Numbered from the stretch's first letter, positions 42,227 through 52,150 are shown. The stretch: DNA of 64,000 nucleotides from Alphaproteobacteria bacterium (GCA_965228895.1 OZ245842.1:1952001-2016000), one strand, 5' to 3'. The notes: generated by a model not told the origin, from the letters alone. Numbers and translations: made by a program.

Positions 42227-45200
42227 ATGAAGGTTGATACTGACCCGCTCGTGTTCTCGCAGCAAACGGCCCCTTATGACAACCTTCGTCATCGTCTGAA
42301 CGCCGCCTATCGCGAAGACGAAGCGGCGGCCATCGACGGGCTGCTCGACCTCGCGACCTTTGACGAGGCCGTCCGGCGCAGAATCAGACGCCGGGCACGC
42401 GACCTGGTCGCCCATGTGCGGGCCCGGCGTCAGCAGACCGGCGGTATCGACGCCTTCATGAGCGAGTATGACCTGTCGAGCCAGGAAGGCATCGTTTTGA
42501 TGTGCATGGCCGAGGCGTTGTTGCGCATTCCCGATGCCGACACCGCCGACAAGCTGATCCGCGACAAGATCTCGGTCGCCAACTGGGAGGAGCATCTGGG
42601 CGGCAGCGACTCCTTGTTCGTTAACGCGTCGACCTGGGGCCTGCTGCTGACCGGCCGGGTGGTCAACCTTGACCGCACGTGGCGCGACGACATGGCGCGC
42701 GGCATCGGCCGGCTGATTACGCGTGCCGGTGAGCCGATCATCCGACAAGCGATGACCCAGGCCATGCGCATCATGGGCCGCCAGTTCGTCATGGGACGCA
42801 CCATCGACGAAGCCTTGGAGCGTGCGCGCGATTCGGAGAACCGCGGCTACCGGCACTCTTATGACATGCTGGGCGAGGCAGCGCGCACCATGGCCGATGC
42901 CGACGGCTATATGGAAGCCTATGAGGGCGCGATCGTTCGTGTCGGTGCGTCGACCAACGAACAGGACCCGTTTGCCAAGCCGAGCATCTCGGTGAAACTG
43001 TCGGCCTTGCATCCGCGCTACGAACTCGCCCAGGCCGATCGGGTCATGGCCGAGTTGGCGCCACGGCTGCTCGAACTCTCCCGGCTGGCACGTCAGCACG
43101 GCATCGCATTGACCGTGGATGCGGAGGAGGCTGATCGGCTGGATCTTTCTCTCGACGTGTTTGCCTGGGTCGCGGCCGATGACAGCCTGAAGGGCTGGGA
43201 CGGTTTAGGGCTGGCTGTCCAGGCCTACCAAAAGCGCGCGATTCATCTGATCGACTGGTTGGCGCAATTGGCCGCGGATCAGGGGCGCCGGTTGCCGGTC
43301 AGGCTGGTCAAAGGCGCCTACTGGGATACGGAGATCAAGCGTACCCAGGAGCAGGGTCTGAACGGCTATCCGGTGTTCACCCGCAAACCCAGCACCGATG
43401 TTTCCTATATCGCCTGCGCAAGAAAACTGCTGGAACAGCCCAAGGCGTTCTATCCCCAATTCGCCACCCACAACGCGCAGTCGCTCGCCACCATTCTGAC
43501 GCTTGCGGAAGGCCGCCAGGACTTTGAATTCCAGCGTCTTCACGGCATGGGCGAGGCGCTCTACGAAAAGATCATCGGCGACGAAAAGCTCGGTCTGAGC
43601 TGCCGTGTCTACGCACCGGTCGGCAGTCACGAGCATCTGCTCGCCTATCTCGTCCGTAGGCTCCTGGAGAACGGCGCAAACACGTCGTTCGTCAACCGGA
43701 TCGTTGACGATGATCTGCCGCTCGACGTCATGGTGGTTGATCCGGCCGATCAGATACGCCACGCCGAACCACGGGCGCACCCGGCCATTCCCTTGCCAGT
43801 GGATCTTTTTGGTCCAGAGCGCAAGAACGCGCGCGGCATCGACCTGGCCGATCGCGAAGTGCTGATGACGTTGGCGCACGATATGGAACGAGCGGCGTCC
43901 AAGCCGTTCAGCGCGGCGCCGATTGTCAACGGTCGGATCTCCTCGGGCACGCAACGTGTCATCACCGATCCGGCCGATCGCCGCCGCGAGGTCGGCGTCG
44001 TGATCGATGTGACGGAAGCCGATATGGAGGCGGCGTTGGCGAGCGCCCACAACGCGGCGCCCGGTTGGGCCGCGACGCCTGCCGACGAGCGTGCGGCGTG
44101 CCTGGAACGCGCGGCCGATTTGTTGGAAGCCAACATGGCCGAGGCGATGGCGATCGCCGCGCGCGAAGCCGGCAAGACACTGGTCGACGGTGTCGCCGAG
44201 GTGCGTGAGGCCGTCGACTTCTGCCGCTACTACGCGCAGCGTGCCAGGATGGATTTTGCCGGCGACGAGGTTCTGCCGGGGCCAACCGGCGAACGCAATG
44301 TCATCCGCTTGTCGGGGCGCGGTGTTTTCTTGTGCATCTCGCCGTGGAACTTCCCGCTGGCGATCTTTACCGGTCAGGTCAGCGCGGCGCTTGCCGCCGG
44401 CAACGCGGTCCTGGCCAAACCGGCTGAACAGACATCGGTGATGGGGGCGTTCGTCGTGCGTCTGCTGCATCAGGCCGGCATCCCGACCGACGTCCTGCAT
44501 CTGTTGCCCGGAGACGGCGCCCAAATTGGTGGCCGGTTGGTGGGCGACAACCGCATCGCCGGCGTGTGTTTTACCGGCTCGACCGAGACCGCCCATATCA
44601 TCAACCGCACGCTCGCCGGGCGCGATGGTCCGATCGTGCCGTTGATCGCGGAGACCGGCGGACAAAACGCCATGATCGTCGACTCGAGCGCACTGCCCGA
44701 GCAGGTCATCGCCGATGTCATTCGCTCCGCCGTCAACAGTGCCGGCCAGCGCTGTTCGGCATTGCGCGTCTTGTTCGTGCAGCGCGATGTCGCCGACCAC
44801 GTGATCACTATGCTGACCGGCGCCATGGAAGAACTGCAGATCGGCAACCCCGGTCTGATCGCCACCGATGTCGGCCCGGTCATCGACGATGACGCCAAGG
44901 CGATGCTGGAGGCCCACGCCGAACGTATGGACCGTGAGGCGAAGCTCTTGTTTCGCGCGACACTGCCCGACGCCTGCCGCCATGGCACCTTCGTTGCGCC
45001 ACGTGCGTACGAGATCGACTCGCTCGATCGTCTCGACCGCGAGGTGTTCGGTCCGATCCTTCACGTCGTGCGATTTGCCTCCGATCGCCTGGACGAGACA
45101 ATCGATGCGATCAACGGCACCGGCTATGGTCTGACCCTGGGCATCCACACACGCATTGACGAGACCGCGCGCCACGTTATCGCGCGGGCCCGCGTCGGCA

Positions 45201-45394
45201 ATGTCTACGTCAACCGCAACATCATCGGCGCCATTGTCGGCTCGCAGCCGTTCGGTGGTGAAGGATTGTCGGGAACCGGTCCGAAAGCCGGCGGTCCGCA
45301 TTACCTCCACCGGTTCGCGACCGAGCGCGTCGTGTCGACCGACACGACGGCCGCCGGCGGCAACGCGGCGCTGATGACACTTGAAGAGGGTTAG
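42227..45394 (+). CDS. putA: Bifunctional proline dehydrogenase / P5C dehydrogenase
   Basis: SYDMLGE, VRLVKGAYWD, YLVRRLLENGAN, ETGGQN, SAGQRCSA; start uncertain (42227 or 42251). Confidence 0.96.
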   Translation: MKVDTDPLVFSQQTAPYDNLRHRLNAAYREDEAAAIDGLLDLATFDEAVRRRIRRRARDLVAHVRARRQQTGGIDAFMSEYDLSSQEGIVLMCMAEALLRIPDADTADKLIRDKISVANWEEHLGGSDSLFVNASTWGLLLTGRVVNLDRTWRDDMARGIGRLITRAGEPIIRQAMTQAMRIMGRQFVMGRTIDEALERARDSENRGYRHSYDMLGEAARTMADADGYMEAYEGAIVRVGASTNEQDPFAKPSISVKLSALHPRYELAQADRVMAELAPRLLELSRLARQHGIALTVDAEEADRLDLSLDVFAWVAADDSLKGWDGLGLAVQAYQKRAIHLIDWLAQLAADQGRRLPVRLVKGAYWDTEIKRTQEQGLNGYPVFTRKPSTDVSYIACARKLLEQPKAFYPQFATHNAQSLATILTLAEGRQDFEFQRLHGMGEALYEKIIGDEKLGLSCRVYAPVGSHEHLLAYLVRRLLENGANTSFVNRIVDDDLPLDVMVVDPADQIRHAEPRAHPAIPLPVDLFGPERKNARGIDLADREVLMTLAHDMERAASKPFSAAPIVNGRISSGTQRVITDPADRRREVGVVIDVTEADMEAALASAHNAAPGWAATPADERAACLERAADLLEANMAEAMAIAAREAGKTLVDGVAEVREAVDFCRYYAQRARMDFAGDEVLPGPTGERNVIRLSGRGVFLCISPWNFPLAIFTGQVSAALAAGNAVLAKPAEQTSVMGAFVVRLLHQAGIPTDVLHLLPGDGAQIGGRLVGDNRIAGVCFTGSTETAHIINRTLAGRDGPIVPLIAETGGQNAMIVDSSALPEQVIADVIRSAVNSAGQRCSALRVLFVQRDVADHVITMLTGAMEELQIGNPGLIATDVGPVIDDDAKAMLEAHAERMDREAKLLFRATLPDACRHGTFVAPRAYEIDSLDRLDREVFGPILHVVRFASDRLDETIDAINGTGYGLTLGIHTRIDETARHVIARARVGNVYVNRNIIGAIVGSQPFGGEGLSGTGPKAGGPHYLHRFATERVVSTDTTAAGGNAALMTLEEG

Positions 45395-45429
45395 GGGGTT
45401 CCATATTTGGTCGGCATCACCATCCCAAT

Positions 45430-45478
45430 CCCCCACCCGGCCACCCCGAGGATGCTGCCATGGGTGGCCGGGCGGGGG
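45430..45478. terminator. Strong GC hairpin between convergent putA and the LpxR-like gene
   Basis: CCCCACCCGGCCACCC...GGGTGGCCGGGCGGGG; no U-tract. Confidence 0.5.
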
Positions 45479-45522
45479 GCCGGGACGGCTACGGCCCGCG
45501 CGAGCGGTGAACGATTGAGTCG

Positions 45523-46554
45523 CTAAAAACCGGCCGAGACGGTGACGGCGCCATAGACGTCCGGTGCGTCCTGGCCGTCAAACTCCTTCGAGCGGAAGAT
45601 CTGGGTAAAACCCATGCGCACATCGCCCAACGTGGCGACGATGCCGGTCTGAAATTCGCCGACCAGGTATTTTTTGTCGACGCTATGGCTGTTGCGGAAC
45701 GTGTTGCCGTCCAGAAAGATATTGTAGGCGACGGCACGACCCTGAATGCCACCGAAGACATACCAGTTGAAGTCGTCCCAGCCGCGTCGTTCGAAGTAAC
45801 CGGAGCCGGGCAGGCTGGGCTGGATCAGCGGCGGGCCGAAGTCCTGACTCAAATCGCTGCCGAGGCGCAGCATCAGTCCGGTCGTGCCATAGGTGTAGAC
45901 GTTGCCGAGGGCAAAACCCCAATTGGGCGTGGCGTCGGCCTCAAGACCGAACACCTTCATGGGTGCATAGCCGTGAAACTGCCGCTCATAGGTCAGCATG
46001 ACGGCGGGCTCGTTGCGGATCTGGTTGTCCCAGCCTTCACCGATCGGTGCGCTGATAAGGCGGTGAAACTCGGTCTGCACCTGTTCCGCATAGGAGGCCG
46101 GACCCACAACACCGAGTGATAGCGCCACGAGGTCGCGCCGCGCCGCCGTCGTGGATTCGACGCCGATATCGACGTAGAGCCAGCCGGCATAGGGGCGGTC
46201 GTCCTCGACCACCTCCGTGGCCGACAAGTCGTCGGGGGTGAACATGCTCTGGCCGACGGCAAAGCTGGTTCTAAGGTCGCCCCATTCGTCGAAGAAGGGC
46301 AACGCCTGGACGCCATTGCGAACGAAGCCCGGAACTTCGTTGGCGCCGGAGAAATAGGCGAGGCGCATGCCGTGGGTGTATTGGCTGTCGTCCTCGGAGA
46401 CGAAGTAGTCGTTCTCGACCTGCGCGGTGATGATTGGCCCTTTGTCGGCGCGCTGCTCGGCCGGTTGGTCGGTATCCTTATCGTCCTCGGCGGCGGCCGG
46501 TTGTCCGGCCACCAGGAAACATGCCGCAATGCCGATCAGCCACCTGTTAGCCAA
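45523..46554 (-). CDS. Lipid A deacylase LpxR-family outer-membrane beta-barrel
   Basis: Signal peptide; ENDYF, YTHG, GQSMFTP, DRPYAGWL, NIFLDGN; C-terminal Phe; TTG start. Confidence 0.85.
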   Translation of the reverse strand: MANRWLIGIAACFLVAGQPAAAEDDKDTDQPAEQRADKGPIITAQVENDYFVSEDDSQYTHGMRLAYFSGANEVPGFVRNGVQALPFFDEWGDLRTSFAVGQSMFTPDDLSATEVVEDDRPYAGWLYVDIGVESTTAARRDLVALSLGVVGPASYAEQVQTEFHRLISAPIGEGWDNQIRNEPAVMLTYERQFHGYAPMKVFGLEADATPNWGFALGNVYTYGTTGLMLRLGSDLSQDFGPPLIQPSLPGSGYFERRGWDDFNWYVFGGIQGRAVAYNIFLDGNTFRNSHSVDKKYLVGEFQTGIVATLGDVRMGFTQIFRSKEFDGQDAPDVYGAVTVSAGF

Positions 46555-47722
46555 GCGTTCCGTCCATGGCGTTTCGGAAAACCTGGGCCAGGTTGTCCGG
46601 GTTCAGCGGCACCGGGTTGGTGCCCGCTGTCGGATCGTTGGCCGCCTGGCGGATCAGGTCGTCGGTCCGGCTGTCGTCGACGCCAAGACCGCGCAGCGTG
46701 TGATCGATGGAAAGTTCGTTGCGCAAATCCAGGACCCACGTAAGGACGGCATCGAAGGACGGGTCGGGAAGACCCAGGTAACGCGCAAGCGCCGTATAAC
46801 GGTCAGCCACGGCGTCGCGGTTGAAGACCATGACGTAAGGCATGACTACGGCATTAGTGCGGCCATGATGGGTGTGGAATAAGGCGCCGATCGGATGAGA
46901 CAGCGAATGGATCGCGCCGAGGCCTTTCTGAAATGACGTCGCGCCCATGGTCGCGGCGACCAGCATGTTGCCGCGCGCCTCAAGATCGCTGCCGTCGACG
47001 ACCGCACGGGGCAGGAAGTCCTTCACCAGGCGCATGCCCTCAAGCGCGATGCCGTCGGCCATCGGGTGGTAACCTGGTGCGCTGAACGCTTCCAAGTTAT
47101 GGGCCAACGCATCCATGCCGGTCCAGGCGGTGATGTTGGCGGGCAGGCCGACCGTCAGTTCTGGGTCGGAGATGACGACCGCGGGCAGCATCTTGGGATG
47201 AAAGATGATCTTCTTGGTGTGGTCGCTCTCGTCGGTGATGACCGACGCGCGGCCGACCTCCGATCCGGTCCCGGCCGTGGTCGGCACGGCGACGATCGGC
47301 GGTATGGCATCGGCATCGGCGCGGGTCCACCAGTCCTCGCGGTCCTCGAAGTCCCAGACCGGACGCTGCTGGCCGACCATGAGCGCGATCGCCTTGGCCG
47401 CATCCATGCCGCTGCCGCCGCCCCAGGCAATGACGCCGTCATGACCGCCGGCGCGCATCACCGCAATGCCGTCCTCGACGTTCTTGCCGACGGGATTGGG
47501 CTGGATGTCGGAAAACAGCCCGGTCGGCAGGCCGGCGGCCTCGTTGGCGGCTATCGCGTCCTTGACCATCGGCAGATCGGCCAAACCGGGATCGGTCACC
47601 AACAGGGGGCGCGTCATGCCGAGTTCGCGGCAGATGGCGGGCAACTCGGCGATCCGGCCAGCCCCGAAGCGCATGGTGGTCGGATAGCTCCAATTGGCGT
47701 TGGGCAGGCTCTTGGTTGTCAT
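46547..47722 (-). CDS. Iron-containing alcohol dehydrogenase
   Basis: GGGSGMD, PTTAGTGSE, DALAH, HSLSH, HHG; ATG at 47722. Confidence 0.93.
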   Translation of the reverse strand: MTTKSLPNANWSYPTTMRFGAGRIAELPAICRELGMTRPLLVTDPGLADLPMVKDAIAANEAAGLPTGLFSDIQPNPVGKNVEDGIAVMRAGGHDGVIAWGGGSGMDAAKAIALMVGQQRPVWDFEDREDWWTRADADAIPPIVAVPTTAGTGSEVGRASVITDESDHTKKIIFHPKMLPAVVISDPELTVGLPANITAWTGMDALAHNLEAFSAPGYHPMADGIALEGMRLVKDFLPRAVVDGSDLEARGNMLVAATMGATSFQKGLGAIHSLSHPIGALFHTHHGRTNAVVMPYVMVFNRDAVADRYTALARYLGLPDPSFDAVLTWVLDLRNELSIDHTLRGLGVDDSRTDDLIRQAANDPTAGTNPVPLNPDNLAQVFRNAMDGTLG

Positions 47723-47822
47723 CGGATGGGTTCCCTGATTACGTGGACCGGTGCGATAGGTCGGCGCTTGGCCATAGAGGGCCATGTCTAGCGCCGCAGC
47801 GCGGGCATGGGGAGCGGATTCT

Positions 47823-48710
47823 TTGGCTGAAACCATCGATGTCATCTTTGATACCGATCCAGGCAAGGATGATGCCTTTGCGTTGTTTTTGGCGCTTGCC
47901 GCCGCCGAACGCCTTAACGTCTTGGCTCTCACCACGGCAGCCGGCAATCTGGGCCTCGAAACCACCACGTCCGCGGCGCGCCGCATTGTGGAGGCGGCCG
48001 GTCGCCCCGAGATTCCCGTCTACAGCGGCTGTCCGGGCCCCCTGTTGTGTGCTCACGAACCGATACCTCACCTCCACGGTCATGACGGCCTGGGCGGTTC
48101 GGGTTTGCCGCAGATGGTGCATGGTCCTCAGGCGGAGCACGCGGTCCTGAAGCTGATTGACCTGATTGACCAAGCGGAAAGGCCGATAACGCTCGCCGCC
48201 ATCGCGCCGCTCACCAATCTGGCGCTCGCCTTCACCATGCGGCCGGATCTTGCCGCCAGGTTGGAGCGGCTGGTGATCATGGGTGGCGCCAGAGCCGGCG
48301 GCAACATGACCGAACATGCTGAGTTCAACATCTATGTCGATCCACATGCCGCTCAGATCGTCTTGTCGGCGGGCGCGCCAACGGTGGTGGTGCCGCTCGA
48401 TATCACCCGTCCGACACTGCCCGAACCCCGCTGGTTCGAGGGTCTTGCGAACCAGGGAGCTTCGGGACGGGCGATCGCCGGCATGTGGCGCGAAAGGGCC
48501 ATGCCGCTTCACGACGTCACCGTGACGGCTTATCTGCTGTGGCCCGAGCTTTTTAGCCTGGAGCGCTGCCAGATTGATGTTGTCGTTGAGGACCGCGAGA
48601 CCTTGGGCCAGACACGGATCGAGCCGCGGGCAGACGGGCCCATCGACGTCGTCGTCGACATTGACCGAGAGAGGCTCTACGACAACATAGAATCGACATT
48701 AAGCGAGTAG
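47823..48710 (+). CDS. Inosine-uridine preferring nucleoside hydrolase family protein
   Basis: DTDPGKDD, PLTNLA, AEFNIYVDP, PLHD; TTG at 47823 follows GGAG (alternative ATG at 47784). Confidence 0.9.
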   Translation: MAETIDVIFDTDPGKDDAFALFLALAAAERLNVLALTTAAGNLGLETTTSAARRIVEAAGRPEIPVYSGCPGPLLCAHEPIPHLHGHDGLGGSGLPQMVHGPQAEHAVLKLIDLIDQAERPITLAAIAPLTNLALAFTMRPDLAARLERLVIMGGARAGGNMTEHAEFNIYVDPHAAQIVLSAGAPTVVVPLDITRPTLPEPRWFEGLANQGASGRAIAGMWRERAMPLHDVTVTAYLLWPELFSLERCQIDVVVEDRETLGQTRIEPRADGPIDVVVDIDRERLYDNIESTLSE

Positions 48711-48863
48711 GTTTTATATTTATTATTCAATGTTCTATGTGGTATACATAATGTTTTACATAAGAGAAGAATGACGCAATTTCCGGTCGGCCTTTGGACC
48801 GTCTTCTCGCGGGTGCGATTGGCGCCCCAGGGCGGAAACATCCGTGCTATCGAATGGCCCGGT

Positions 48864-48879
48864 TGTGCACTAGGTCACA
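48864..48879. promoter_or_regulatory. CRP-like box upstream of the HerA-like ATPase
   Basis: TGTGC-ACTAGG-TCACA, 9/10 match to consensus; -10-like TATAGT at 48892-48897. Confidence 0.5.
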
Positions 48880-48948
48880 CCTCTTTAGGGGTATAGTCTG
48901 CCAGGATGGCGGCGAACTGGGGTAGCGGTTCGGGTTAGGAGAACCAGT

Positions 48949-50538
48949 ATGGATAGCAGTGGGGCGCGGCTTGGATACGTCTCGAGTATCGCGGGATCAC
49001 AAGTCACTGGCACCATAGACGGAACCGACGGAGCGGCCGCAGCGCAGGTGCGCATCGGCGCGCTGGTCAAGATGCAAACGCCTGAATCGATCGTTTTCGG
49101 CATCATTAATGGTCTGCGCAATTCGGACGCGACGGGATCCAGTCACGGCGCGGTCGAAGTCGGCTTGATGGGCGAGATCATGTTCGATGACACCGGCGCG
49201 GTGACCGGTAACTTCGAGCGTGGCGTGTCGATCTACCCGGCGCTGGGTGAGGAGATCTGCGTCGCCGTCTCTGAGGATTTGGGACGCGTCTATGCGCGTT
49301 CCGATAAGCCGGATGTGCAGGTCGGCACGTTCTATCAAGACCAGTCGATCGGCGCCCATCTGATGACCGACGACCTGATGGGCAAGCACTTCGTCGTGCT
49401 GGGTTCGACGGGCTCGGGCAAGTCCTGCACGGTGGCGTTGCTGTTGCGCAAGGTTCTGGAGAGTAACCAGAACGGACACATCATCCTGCTTGACCCGCAC
49501 AACGAGTATGCCGACGCGTTCAGCGAGTGGGCCGAGGTGATCAACACCACGAACCTCTATCTGCCCTATTGGCTGCTCAACTTCGAAGAGACGGCCGAGA
49601 TCATGTGCACCGGCGATGGCGCCGAACGCCAGGCCCAGATGGGTATCTTGAAGGACGCCCTTGTCGAAGCCAAAAAGATGTTCCAGGCCGAAGGCGAGGA
49701 CACATCCTACATCACCATCGATACGCCGGTGCCCTACAGGCTGGGTGAACTGAAACGCATCATCGATAACGCGATGGGCCAATACAACCGTGCCGAGAGT
49801 GTCGGCCCGTTCCAACGCCTGCTGGCCCGCATGGAGAGCGTCAGCAACGACCGTCGCTACGCCTTCATGTTTTCGAGCCGCATCGTCACCGACAATCTGG
49901 CCGAAGTTTTGGGCCGGCTCTTGCGTATGCCGGTCGATGGCAAACCGATCAGCATCCTGGATCTGTCGGGCGTGCCGTCCGAGATCGTCGATGTCGTCGT
50001 GTCGACCATGTGCCGCACGATCTTTGAGTTCAGCCTGTGGAGCGCCCATCCGCAGACCGTGCCGATCCTGCTGGTCTGCGAGGAGGCGCACCGCTACGTG
50101 CCGGCGCGCGATAGCGCGGGTTTCGGCCCAACCAAACAGTCGATCTCGCGCATCGCCAAGGAAGGCCGCAAATACGGCGTGTCGCTGGGACTGATCAGCC
50201 AGCGCCCGTCCGAGCTTTCCGACAGCATCATCAGTCAGTGCGGCACCATCATCGCGTTCCGCATGAGCAACGATCGCGATCAACATTTCGTGGCCAAGGT
50301 GCTGCCGGAGACCTCCCAGGGTCTGCTCAGTGTGCTGCCCGCGCTCAGAACGCAGGAAGCGGTTATTGTCGGCGACGCGATTTCGGTCCCCATGCGCGTC
50401 CGTTTCGAGGATTTGGCCGCTGAACACCGCCCGCGCAGCGGTAACGCGGCGTTTTCGGAGAGCTGGCAGCATGATTACGACTACGATGATTTCATGCAGC
50501 ACACGATCGATCGCTGGCGCCGGCAGCAGAGGTCATAA
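48949..50538 (+). CDS. HerA/FtsK-superfamily ATPase (DUF87-type, N-terminal HAS-barrel-like region)
   Basis: Walker A GSTGSGKS, DPHNEY, Walker B LLVCEEAH, KEGRKYG, SQRP; AGGAG RBS. Confidence 0.9.
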   Translation: MDSSGARLGYVSSIAGSQVTGTIDGTDGAAAAQVRIGALVKMQTPESIVFGIINGLRNSDATGSSHGAVEVGLMGEIMFDDTGAVTGNFERGVSIYPALGEEICVAVSEDLGRVYARSDKPDVQVGTFYQDQSIGAHLMTDDLMGKHFVVLGSTGSGKSCTVALLLRKVLESNQNGHIILLDPHNEYADAFSEWAEVINTTNLYLPYWLLNFEETAEIMCTGDGAERQAQMGILKDALVEAKKMFQAEGEDTSYITIDTPVPYRLGELKRIIDNAMGQYNRAESVGPFQRLLARMESVSNDRRYAFMFSSRIVTDNLAEVLGRLLRMPVDGKPISILDLSGVPSEIVDVVVSTMCRTIFEFSLWSAHPQTVPILLVCEEAHRYVPARDSAGFGPTKQSISRIAKEGRKYGVSLGLISQRPSELSDSIISQCGTIIAFRMSNDRDQHFVAKVLPETSQGLLSVLPALRTQEAVIVGDAISVPMRVRFEDLAAEHRPRSGNAAFSESWQHDYDYDDFMQHTIDRWRRQQRS

Positions 50539-50586
50539 AGCTAGCTCTTGATTGCGTTATCGCGCGGCATCACCATCTAGATCTAG

Positions 50587-51318
50587 ATGGCGGAACGACG
50601 CGACAAACTGCCGACCGCGACCTCCCCAGGCGAGGTTGACGCGTTCTTGAGCAAGGTGGCAGCGACGCCTCGAAAGGCGCCGTTGGGCGCGCGCGGCCGC
50701 TTGGTGTTCGCCATGGACGCCACGGCCAGCCGGCAGCCGTCCTGGGACCGTGCCTGCCGCTATCAAAGCGAACTCTTCCACGCCGCCGAAGAACTTGGAG
50801 GCCTGGATGTCCAATTGGTCTTCTATCGCGGTTTCATGGAGTGCCGGGCGAGCCCTTGGACGTCCGATGCCGCGACACTGCGCCGCAAGATGACCAGCGT
50901 CAGTTGCCTGGGCGGCATGACCCAGATTGGGCGCGTGCTGACCCATGCCTTGCGCGAAAACGCCAAACAGCCGATCCAGGCACTGGTCTTCGTCGGCGAT
51001 TGCGTCGAAGAACATGTCGACGATCTCTGCAACAAGGCCGGCGAATTGGGTTTAAGAGGCGTGCCTGTCTTCATTTTTCACGAGGGTTCTGAGCCTATTG
51101 CGGAAAACGCATTCCGCCAGATTGCGCGCCTGTCCAAGGGCGCCTATTGCCGGTTGGACGCGACCAGCGGTGAACAACTGCGCGCGTTGCTTTCCGCGAT
51201 CGCCGTCTTTGCGGCCGGTGGGCGACTTGCCCTGGAACAGCATGGCAAGGACAATGTCGAGGCACGCCGGATCGCCGAACAACTGCGCCTGACGCACGAT
51301 AGCGCCGGCAAATCATGA
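50587..51318 (+). CDS. vWA-domain protein
   Basis: MIDAS-like [19 protein letters not shown]. Confidence 0.85.
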   Translation: MAERRDKLPTATSPGEVDAFLSKVAATPRKAPLGARGRLVFAMDATASRQPSWDRACRYQSELFHAAEELGGLDVQLVFYRGFMECRASPWTSDAATLRRKMTSVSCLGGMTQIGRVLTHALRENAKQPIQALVFVGDCVEEHVDDLCNKAGELGLRGVPVFIFHEGSEPIAENAFRQIARLSKGAYCRLDATSGEQLRALLSAIAVFAAGGRLALEQHGKDNVEARRIAEQLRLTHDSAGKS

Positions 51319-52040
51319 CCTGGTTGCTGCTTGGTGGCGGGCTGGTGGTGCTGGCCTGGGCCATTATCGCCTCTGCCCTGAATGCCAAAACATCGACCTT
51401 GATGCGGATCGTCAAGCTGACCATCGGCTTCTTGGTGATGGTGGCCGTCATCGCGCTGTTGATCACCGGACGCATTGGACTTGCCATGTCCCTCGTCCCC
51501 TTGCTCTTGGCTGTCGCCATCCGCTGGCACGGCATGGCGTCGATGTTGCAGAACGCGTTCTCGGGGCTGTCGTCGTTGAACGGTCAGCAAACGCCGGGCA
51601 AGGCGTCCGAGGTCGAGAGCCCTTATCTGCGTATGGTGCTGGACCATGACAGCGGCGACATGGTGGGCGAGGTGCTCCAGGGCGAGTTCGCGGGGCGCCG
51701 CATCGACACGCTGGAGTTGCCGGAACTCTTGGCCCTGTTGCGTGAGCTGCAGGATCAGGACACCGACGGCGCGCGGCTTCTGACCGCGTGGCTCGACCGC
51801 AGCGTTCACGCCGACACATGGCGCGATGCCGCCCAAGGCGGCGGCGATCATGCAGCGTCAACCGGCGGCATGACGCGCGACGAGGCGGCCGAGATCCTGG
51901 GGGTTGCGCCCGATGCCGATACTGAGACCGTGCGCGAGGCCCACCGCAAGCTCATGGCTGCCAACCATCCCGACAAGGGTGGATCGCCGTGGCTGGCGCG
52001 CCAGATCAACCTGGCCCGCGATACGCTGCTTGGGGAATAG
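51315..52040 (+). CDS. Membrane-anchored J-domain protein, Pam18/TimB-like
   Basis: Hydrophobic N-terminal helices; C-terminal [12 protein letters not shown]...[16 protein letters not shown]; ATGA overlap with the vWA gene. Confidence 0.88.
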   Translation: MTWLLLGGGLVVLAWAIIASALNAKTSTLMRIVKLTIGFLVMVAVIALLITGRIGLAMSLVPLLLAVAIRWHGMASMLQNAFSGLSSLNGQQTPGKASEVESPYLRMVLDHDSGDMVGEVLQGEFAGRRIDTLELPELLALLRELQDQDTDGARLLTAWLDRSVHADTWRDAAQGGGDHAASTGGMTRDEAAEILGVAPDADTETVREAHRKLMAANHPDKGGSPWLARQINLARDTLLGE

Positions 52041-52150
52041 GGCAGGGAACCGGGCGTCCATCCATTTGTCGCGGATATCTCACTGGCATTTCAGGGCCTT
52101 GTGGTGTATCCGCCGTTTCGAGCGTAACACATGCTGTCTGGTGGAGTTCT

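Noticed and set aside
48949-50538. HerA as part of a known anti-phage system (Sir2-HerA or nuclease-HerA)
   Set aside because: No effector gene is adjacent, composition looks native, and there is no defence-island context.
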